Virus record (IMG/VR): IMGVR_UViG_3300020442_001531
Location: 1 to 24,784 of that record
Direction: 5' to 3' (one strand)
Origin: a virus
Lineage: Duplodnaviria; Caudoviricetes
Length of the DNA: 24,784 nt
Made by a program: the position numbers and the translations under genes. Each line of letters opens with the position of its first letter. The first letter of the stretch is position 1. This document shows positions 19,287 to 24,784 of this stretch, in pieces. The notes below the pieces were generated by a model. That model saw only the letters and a list, made by a program, of their open reading frames with translations. It was not told the origin of the DNA and ran no database searches.

Positions 19287-20039
19287 ATGAAGTATTTTAT
19301 CTGTAAAAATCCAGACATTGCAAGTCTAGTATCATACACACCAATCGCCACTATTTTGGACTGGAATGTATTCAGTCTAGAAGATATGGATATCCGTGGT
19401 ATCTGTAGTTTAAACAATCCAACTGAACTAACTAAAGAGGTTGCTATTTTTGGATTTAGAAGTTTTGGTGACGTTAGACAATCAATCAAAGTTTCTGCTG
19501 TTGATCTAACAGAGAACGAATCTTTTGAAGAAAGAGAATACGAAAAATATACTACTGTTGGTTCTAAAGTAGAAATTCCAGTAACTAAAAAGAGATATGA
19601 TGTAATTCTTAGAGCAATGAAAATTGCTGCTAAGGTAATCATTGAAGATATTTACAACGAAAGATATCTAGCACTTGATTCTAGTGTTAGTGACATTGAA
19701 AGAAAGTGTTGGGAATATTTTGTTGATGAATTAAACACAGAAAGATATACTTTCATCACTGAAATTGCTGAAGCAAAAGGCATTAAGACAGAAGCATATA
19801 TTCAAAACATCAAGCTAAAGAAATCGTACTATGATTCTAGTGTAAAAGATCTTTATACTAAGATGATAAAGTTGAAAACAGAGTTCAATAATTGCACTAC
19901 TGTAAGGCAACTAAATAGATTATACGAGGATTACATGGGTATTCCGATGCCTCAACAGCAGGCGTTTGATGAAGGTAGAACTGAGACAAACGAAGGCGGT
20001 GTAACAAGAAAAGCAGTAGTCCCTGGATTTAGATTTTAA
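19287..20039 (+). CDS. Hypothetical helical protein, possible tail fibre assembly factor (250 aa)
   Basis: ORF is tightly packed, 3 nt after the upstream stop. SDIERKCWEY...FITEIAEAKGI resembles the E..TW..Q...IA.ARG pattern recalled from phage tail-assembly proteins (weak). Confidence 0.6.
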   Translation: MKYFICKNPDIASLVSYTPIATILDWNVFSLEDMDIRGICSLNNPTELTKEVAIFGFRSFGDVRQSIKVSAVDLTENESFEEREYEKYTTVGSKVEIPVTKKRYDVILRAMKIAAKVIIEDIYNERYLALDSSVSDIERKCWEYFVDELNTERYTFITEIAEAKGIKTEAYIQNIKLKKSYYDSSVKDLYTKMIKLKTEFNNCTTVRQLNRLYEDYMGIPMPQQQAFDEGRTETNEGGVTRKAVVPGFRF

Positions 20040-20057
20040 TTAGTAGTTGATTTCATT

Positions 20058-20798
20058 ATGCTTACAAACGAAGAAATCTTTGCACATGCCAAGAAAGTTG
20101 CTATTGGCATGTCAAAAAATCAAATTGAAAATTATGTTGTAAGTTCCCACGTTACTGGTGATAGACAACTAAAACAAGTGTTGCTTGAGATTGAAAATAG
20201 ATCTCATCAACGTGAGAAGATGCTTATTGATGAAAGAAAAGGTAAATTAAGACTTAAAAAAACACAGAAAGATTTGGATGATGCCAAGGCAACTGGTGAT
20301 CCATTTGTTATTGAAGAGGCACAAATTGAGTTTGATGACGCAACTCTAGATATGGAGATGTGGTCAAGAAGAAAAGCACAATCAAATTATGAACTCAATG
20401 TGTTTATTGAATACATTCAGAAGCACGTAGATTCACAAGAAAGATTAGAAGAAGCATCTGAATGGAATGAGGAAGAAGAAAGAAAGTATTGGATTGCTAG
20501 ACTAGGAAAACAGGCAGCTCTAGATATTGTTGCAAACGGACGCATTGGTATTGGAAACATGGATTCCATTGCTATGATGAAGAAAGATGATCAGATTGCA
20601 ACTCTTGATGTTGCTTCTCAGTATTCTTGTTTACTTAAAGTTTCCATTGATAAGATTCAAGGCAGAACGGAAAAACAATTCCAAGCATATGCAGAATCTC
20701 CTGACATTGATCTCCCAACATTCCATGGTGTTGAGAAAACTTTGAACGTACCACTACTTGATGAAATTAATGAAAGATATCTTCAGTCTTCCGATTAA
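20058..20798 (+). CDS. Hypothetical coiled-coil protein (246 aa)
   Basis: Charged helical sequence (QVLLEIENR...EEEERKYWIARLGKQAALDI..GRIGIGNMDSI). Overlaps the next gene. Confidence 0.75.
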   Translation: MLTNEEIFAHAKKVAIGMSKNQIENYVVSSHVTGDRQLKQVLLEIENRSHQREKMLIDERKGKLRLKKTQKDLDDAKATGDPFVIEEAQIEFDDATLDMEMWSRRKAQSNYELNVFIEYIQKHVDSQERLEEASEWNEEEERKYWIARLGKQAALDIVANGRIGIGNMDSIAMMKKDDQIATLDVASQYSCLLKVSIDKIQGRTEKQFQAYAESPDIDLPTFHGVEKTLNVPLLDEINERYLQSSD

Positions 20799-22467
20799 TC
20801 CAAAAGGAGATTTAAACTTTACCAAGAATGTATTTGTTCCATTCTTAAAAAGAAATAAGCATTTAATTTATGACTTGTATTTCACCTGTCGTATTCCTCC
20901 TTTTAGTCAGGATGCGATGGGTGATATTTTTGAGAATGATCCAGTAAGAGGAACTACCATCAATGCTCTATGGATTTCTGAGCAGTCTGGTATTCCTTTG
21001 TCTGCTACATTTAATAATATGTGGGTAAGACCAGATCAAAAAAATTTAGATATCTGGATTGAAAATTTTAAACCCTTGTATGATAAAGGTATTCGTATTG
21101 TAACCTTACCTCATACAACATGGGTTTCTACTGGTCAGATTCAAAAAGAATTTCCAGAGTTGTTTATCAAGAATACAATTCTTCGTGAAGTGACACGAGC
21201 TAATGAAGTTGTTGCTGCAGCAAAAGCAGGATTTCATTACGTCAATCTAGACAGAGATTTGATGCGTGATCGTGATGCTCTAAAAAGAATTAAAGATGCT
21301 AAAGATTATTGTGAGTCAATTGGTAAACCAGTAAAGATTTCTTTACTCGCAAATGAAGGATGCTGGGGTGGTTGTCCTATCATGCCAGAGCATTATCAAT
21401 TTAATTGCACTAGGTCTGGAAATGGACCACAATATTTTAATGATACTATCAGTAGAGTTTCTTGTTCTACATGGGAGTATGAAGATTCTTCTGCTTCATT
21501 GAAGATGGCAAATCTTCCCCCATGGCGTGATGATTGGGAAGAGTTTATTGATCTTGGGATTGATGTATTCAAGATGCATGGACGTGAAAGTATGATGCGT
21601 CTTAAAGAAAGTATGGATATCATTGATAAGTGGAATAGTAACGAGAGTATTCTGTTTCCACAACTAGATCCATACATGAAAAATCTAGACATTCAAGATA
21701 AACCTATTGATGTCTGGAGAGAAAAAATTAAAACATGTAAGTTTGATTGCTGGGAATGTAACTACTGTGAGTCTGTTGTTGATGCACACATTAGAAAGCA
21801 AGACAGAGAACTTCATCCTCTGATTGATAAGTGCCTCACATCAATTGATAATGCTACAAAGAAGGAGTCAAAATATAATCATGACATAGAAGGACTATCT
21901 TCTGACACAGTAAAACATTTCTTGAATAATCTTTGTTCGTATGAAGATACAAGATACTTAGAAGTTGGTGTTTATAACGGAAGCACATTCTGTGCTGCTA
22001 TTCAAGGTAATGATGTAACAGCTTATGCATCAGACCATTGGGAAGATAAAAACATCAAACCTTACAGAGATGATATTCCATGGAAAGGAGATGAAGGATC
22101 TCTTGATACCTTCATATCTAATGTCAAGAATATCTGGACAGACAATAGTGATATTGTTGTAATGGAAGGTGATATCAGAGGAACTAGTGAAATTAATTTC
22201 AACAAAAATGTTAATACTATTTTCTATGATGGTGAGCATGATGCCGCGACACAAACACAATGTTTAGAACATATTCTAAAGTATACAGATGATGAGTTTG
22301 TGTTAGTTATTGATGATGCAAATTTCAAAGACGTGGTAGAATCTTCTAAAGATTTTATTGAGAAAAATAATCTCAAAATTTTATATGAAAGAATCTTGTT
22401 AACAGATGAGTTAGAAGATTCATCTTCATGGTGGAATGGAATTGCTGTATTTGTATTAAAAAAATAA
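20770..22467 (+). CDS. U32-family-like Fe-S protein fused to a class I SAM-dependent methyltransferase (Methyltransf_24-like)
   Basis: N-domain: GFHYVNLDRDL, LLANEGCWGGC..PEH, RVSC and IDVFKMHGRE (compare U32 G..RvvLaREL, E...G..C...C, lKiEGR), then CKFDCWECNYC. C-domain: YLEVGVYNGST, IFYDGEH, VLVIDD. Start taken as ATG 20770 (MKDIFSLPINPK); 20758 and 20761 are alternatives. Confidence 0.7.
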   Translation: MKDIFSLPINPKGDLNFTKNVFVPFLKRNKHLIYDLYFTCRIPPFSQDAMGDIFENDPVRGTTINALWISEQSGIPLSATFNNMWVRPDQKNLDIWIENFKPLYDKGIRIVTLPHTTWVSTGQIQKEFPELFIKNTILREVTRANEVVAAAKAGFHYVNLDRDLMRDRDALKRIKDAKDYCESIGKPVKISLLANEGCWGGCPIMPEHYQFNCTRSGNGPQYFNDTISRVSCSTWEYEDSSASLKMANLPPWRDDWEEFIDLGIDVFKMHGRESMMRLKESMDIIDKWNSNESILFPQLDPYMKNLDIQDKPIDVWREKIKTCKFDCWECNYCESVVDAHIRKQDRELHPLIDKCLTSIDNATKKESKYNHDIEGLSSDTVKHFLNNLCSYEDTRYLEVGVYNGSTFCAAIQGNDVTAYASDHWEDKNIKPYRDDIPWKGDEGSLDTFISNVKNIWTDNSDIVVMEGDIRGTSEINFNKNVNTIFYDGEHDAATQTQCLEHILKYTDDEFVLVIDDANFKDVVESSKDFIEKNNLKILYERILLTDELEDSSSWWNGIAVFVLKK

Positions 22468-23117
22468 TGGAACTATTTGATATCTTTCCCAATGCGGTAT
22501 ATAGAGAGATGTATGAAGACCATGTGTCTCTCAAGAAAATTGTGATTCCAATGGTGGATAACAAACCATTAGAAACTAATGGCATGTCAGAAAAACTCTT
22601 TCATTTGGATAATCAAAGCGGCAAATCTTTTTTACATAGAGATGGTCTGGAACCATTTAGAGAATGGTTAGAAGAACAGTGCTCAAAATTTGTAAGATCT
22701 CTTGGATATGTTTTACAAGAAAAAATGATAGTGACTGATAGTTGGTTGAATATATGCAATAAAGGTGGAAATCAGTATCCACACTTTCATACAAATTCTT
22801 ATATCTCAGGAACATACTACTTGAATTTTAAAGATGGTCATGCACCATTGATGTTTAGGCATAGTGATAATTCAACACATTCACCATGCCCAGCTATCAC
22901 ATTAGAACAAGATACATCAAACCCAGGAAAGTATAACTCTGATGTTATAGTTTATCCAAATGAAGGTGAACTTCTTCTTTGGCAATCAAATCTCAGTCAT
23001 GGATATCAGAGAAATGAATTGGATTACAGAATTAGTATATCCATGAACTTTATGCCATCCCTTGTAGGAAATGATAAATACTCTTACAGAGTAATATCAT
23101 CCCACAAAGCGGAGTAA
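22467..23117 (+). CDS. Putative 2OG-Fe(II) oxygenase (2OG-FeII_Oxy_5 / TIGR02466-like), 216 aa
   Basis: IFP near the N-terminus; SWLN...PHFH.NSYISGTYY; P.EGELLLWQSNLSHG; RISISMN (HxH...H metal ligands, RxS 2OG-binding motif). The likely start is the TAATG overlap at 22467 rather than 22428. Confidence 0.85.
   Translation: MELFDIFPNAVYREMYEDHVSLKKIVIPMVDNKPLETNGMSEKLFHLDNQSGKSFLHRDGLEPFREWLEEQCSKFVRSLGYVLQEKMIVTDSWLNICNKGGNQYPHFHTNSYISGTYYLNFKDGHAPLMFRHSDNSTHSPCPAITLEQDTSNPGKYNSDVIVYPNEGELLLWQSNLSHGYQRNELDYRISISMNFMPSLVGNDKYSYRVISSHKAE
23074..23080 (+). promoter_or_regulatory. Putative late promoter ATAAATA
   Basis: 38 nt upstream of the ATG at 23119, within the oxygenase 3' end. Confidence 0.5.
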
Positions 23118-23118
23118 C

Positions 23119-24372
23119 ATGGGTCAGTTAAATACGGGACAAATACAAGTAGGTAGAGTTAGTTCTACTGTAGGTATTCAATTTGCTGGATTTGCTGGAG
23201 AGAATCAGTATCCAACAAACTTAACTTCTTCAGATGCTGGATTTATGATCTATGATACAGATCAAAAACTTCTTGTTATCTGGGATGGAACAGAATGGAA
23301 TACTATTAAGGCAACATCTAGTACACTAGATGGAAGTTCTCCACAAAAAGCAGCAGGAAGTGCTCTTGCAATTCTAGTTGATGTTACTGCGGCAGGTGGA
23401 ACAGCTGCGGATATTCAGGCATTAGAAGGTCCACTCTGGTTAAATCCAGCAGCAATTTCTGGACAGAATACTTCTGCAGCACCATTCCAAGTATGGTGCG
23501 ATATGACAACACAAGGTGGTGGATGGACACTTGGTATTAAATATGATTTTAACCAAGCAACTACAAGCAACTATGGATTGCAAGCTGCTGGTGGTGTAAC
23601 TTATACAAATAATAGTGGATTAAATACTCTTTCTCCAAATGGGTATCTTTACGAGTGTCTTAACATAAGAGATATTATTCGTGTTAATAAAACACTTGGA
23701 GATGGATCTTTTGGTGGTAGATGGATGATGCACGCTTGCACAGATGGAGTTAGTAATGTAAGTAGGCAAGAATACACTGGATCTGCATTTAACAACGACA
23801 ATACTGTTTCGTCTAGTGTTGGTGCTGGGTCATCTACAACATTGTCTCATTCACCAATGTTTACACAGTTCCATAAAAACGTTACTGCAGAACCAGATAG
23901 ACTTTGGAATACTCAGGGAGCAAACATTACAAACTCTGGCGGATCTACTTCATCTACATACCAAGACTATCAAAGTACCAGTGACATTGCTACATATGGC
24001 GGTGGTACATTTTATGCTCTTGGTAGTGATGCTACAAATCCACAAACAAACCTTATCATGACAAACGCTTCTAACATTACAACTAGTAGTGATACCTCTG
24101 GTAGAGTTCTCCGTCAAGATACACTTGATGGTAATCATATGTTCTCGTGTTGTGGGAGAGAAGGTAGTGTTTACTGTTCTGGAACAAACCAAACAGGAAG
24201 CTTAACTGGTCACAATTCACCAGCAATGCAATGGGGTTGGTATTCTAAAGATGGTTCACAGCAGACATATGGTTTTGGAAGTCTTTCCACTATTGGAACT
24301 TGCTGTGGAACTCCTATTGATAACGCCAGCAGAAGACCAGGAAAAAGAATGAACTACATGTTTGTAAGATAA
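23119..24372 (+). CDS. Fibrinogen-related (FReD-like) domain protein, putative fibre tip/adhesin (417 aa)
   Basis: PFQVWCDMTTQGGGWTL is the hallmark fibrinogen C-domain N-terminal motif. It is preceded by a GFMIYDTD...WDGTEW fibre motif and a DGSS...AA.SA linker. Confidence 0.75.
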   Translation: MGQLNTGQIQVGRVSSTVGIQFAGFAGENQYPTNLTSSDAGFMIYDTDQKLLVIWDGTEWNTIKATSSTLDGSSPQKAAGSALAILVDVTAAGGTAADIQALEGPLWLNPAAISGQNTSAAPFQVWCDMTTQGGGWTLGIKYDFNQATTSNYGLQAAGGVTYTNNSGLNTLSPNGYLYECLNIRDIIRVNKTLGDGSFGGRWMMHACTDGVSNVSRQEYTGSAFNNDNTVSSSVGAGSSTTLSHSPMFTQFHKNVTAEPDRLWNTQGANITNSGGSTSSTYQDYQSTSDIATYGGGTFYALGSDATNPQTNLIMTNASNITTSSDTSGRVLRQDTLDGNHMFSCCGREGSVYCSGTNQTGSLTGHNSPAMQWGWYSKDGSQQTYGFGSLSTIGTCCGTPIDNASRRPGKRMNYMFVR

Positions 24373-24373
24373 G

Positions 24374-24380
24374 ATAAATA
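24374..24380 (+). promoter_or_regulatory. Putative late promoter ATAAATA
   Basis: Intergenic, just after the stop at 24372 and 26 nt upstream of the ATG at 24407. Confidence 0.6.
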
Positions 24381-24406
24381 GTACACACATTATTTTTGTG
24401 ATTACT

Positions 24407-24595
24407 ATGGACCCATCAGCACTAAAGAAAAACTTTGAGGAGCAAATTGCTACTACCGTAAAGCAAATTGGAGAACTTGAAGAGAACTTGCGTAAAGCAA
24501 AAGAATATAAAATCAAACTAGAAGGAGGTCTTGAGACTCTTGGACTTCTAGAGGGAGAACCAGAAGCACCAGCAGAAGAAACTCCCGCTGAATAA
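24407..24595 (+). CDS. Small coiled-coil hypothetical protein (62 aa)
   Basis: MDPSALKKNFEEQIA...LEGGLETL with an acidic tail. ATG 24407 preferred over GTG 24398. Confidence 0.75.
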   Translation: MDPSALKKNFEEQIATTVKQIGELEENLRKAKEYKIKLEGGLETLGLLEGEPEAPAEETPAE

Positions 24596-24600
24596 ATACT

Positions 24601-24637
24601 AAATCCCTTCTTACTAAATAGGTAGGAAGGGATTTTT
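24601..24637 (+). terminator. Stem-loop followed by a T-run (rho-independent terminator-like)
   Basis: AAATCCCTTC (24601-24610) pairs perfectly with GAAGGGATTT (24626-24635), extended by TTAC/GTAG with one G-U pair. Loop TAAATAG; TTTTT at 24633-24637. Confidence 0.7.
24614..24620 (+). promoter_or_regulatory. Putative late promoter CTAAATA for the neck gene (second copy ATAAATA at 24592-24598)
   Basis: TAAATA core lies in the hairpin loop, 24 nt upstream of the gp13 ATG. Confidence 0.6.
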
Positions 24638-24644
24638 GTGTGTA

Positions 24645-24784
24645 ATGGCATCTCCAAGTTCTAGAGCTGAACTCATCACATATTGCAAAAGGCAACTTGG
24701 TGAACCAGTGTTGCAAGTTAACATTGATGACGAACAGGTCAACAACGTAATAGACGACACGTTTCAGTTCTTCCAGGAGAACTG
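24645..24784 (+). CDS. gp13: Neck protein gp13, 3'-truncated
   Basis: Absent from the ORF track; translated by hand as MASPSSRAELITYCKRQLGEPVLQVNIDDEQVNNVIDDTFQFFQEN, matching the T4 gp13 N-terminal pattern (L..Y..R.LG.P...(I/V)N(V/I)..EQ....I..A/T). Confidence 0.9.
   Translation, partial: MASPSSRAELITYCKRQLGEPVLQVNIDDEQVNNVIDDTFQFFQEN

Noticed and set aside
19911-19917. CTAAATA inside the 250-aa gene as an internal late promoter
   Set aside because: It lies 140 nt from the next start, much farther than the others, and such 7-mers arise by chance in AT-rich DNA. It cannot be fully excluded.
20770-21800. Calling the U32-like domain a collagenase/protease or a radical SAM enzyme
   Set aside because: Characterised U32 members are hydroxylation factors. 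The CxxxCxxC-like Cys run lies at the C-terminal end of the domain rather than near the barrel N-terminus as in radical SAM enzymes.
22428-22466. Cys-rich N-terminal extension MVEWNCCICIKKI on the oxygenase
   Set aside because: It overlaps the methyltransferase C-terminus in another frame. The TAATG-coupled ATG at 22467 gives a family-typical start.
19287-23117. Apparent AT-richness of the cassette as evidence of recent horizontal transfer
   Set aside because: Largely explicable by Lys/Glu/Ile/Asn-rich versus Gly/Ala/Thr-rich protein composition. A GC3 calculation would be needed and was not done.
16847-24372. Diversity-generating retroelement or invertible tip-switching system
   Set aside because: By eye I found no reverse transcriptase, recombinase, near-identical TR/VR nucleotide repeats or inverted crossover sites. 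The tip similarities are at protein level only.
517-24716. Numerous minus-strand and alternate-frame ORFs of 60-162 aa
   Set aside because: They overlap the + strand genes, have no recognisable motifs, and are the expected shadows of Gly/Thr/Ser-rich, T/A-ending codon usage.

Overview
Late structural region of a T4-like myovirus, most consistent with a marine cyanomyovirus (Kyanoviridae-like gene order). All credible genes are on the + strand. Order: C-terminal part of a large VrlC-like structural protein, a small coiled-coil ORF, a 1793-aa fibre-like protein, a 166-aa ORF, a 3030-aa tail fibre, a LamG-domain tip protein with a tail-assembly chaperone, a five-gene cassette (kelch-like propeller, two helical proteins, a U32-like Fe-S/methyltransferase fusion, a 2OG-Fe(II) oxygenase), a fibrinogen-like tip protein, a small ORF, and the start of neck protein gp13. 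T4-type late promoter motifs [(T)(A/C)TAAATA] precede most units. Main finding: the 3030-aa fibre contains two tandem helical domains that align by eye with phycobiliprotein beta subunits and keep cysteines at the positions equivalent to both bilin-attachment sites (beta-82/84 and beta-153/155). This suggests a possibly bilin-bearing, light-responsive virion fibre. Also notable are cupredoxin-like Cu-ligand motifs in the 1793-aa protein, a late-expressed putative fibre-modification cassette, and a late promoter in the loop of a hairpin upstream of gp13. All family calls come from motif recognition; no database searches were run.
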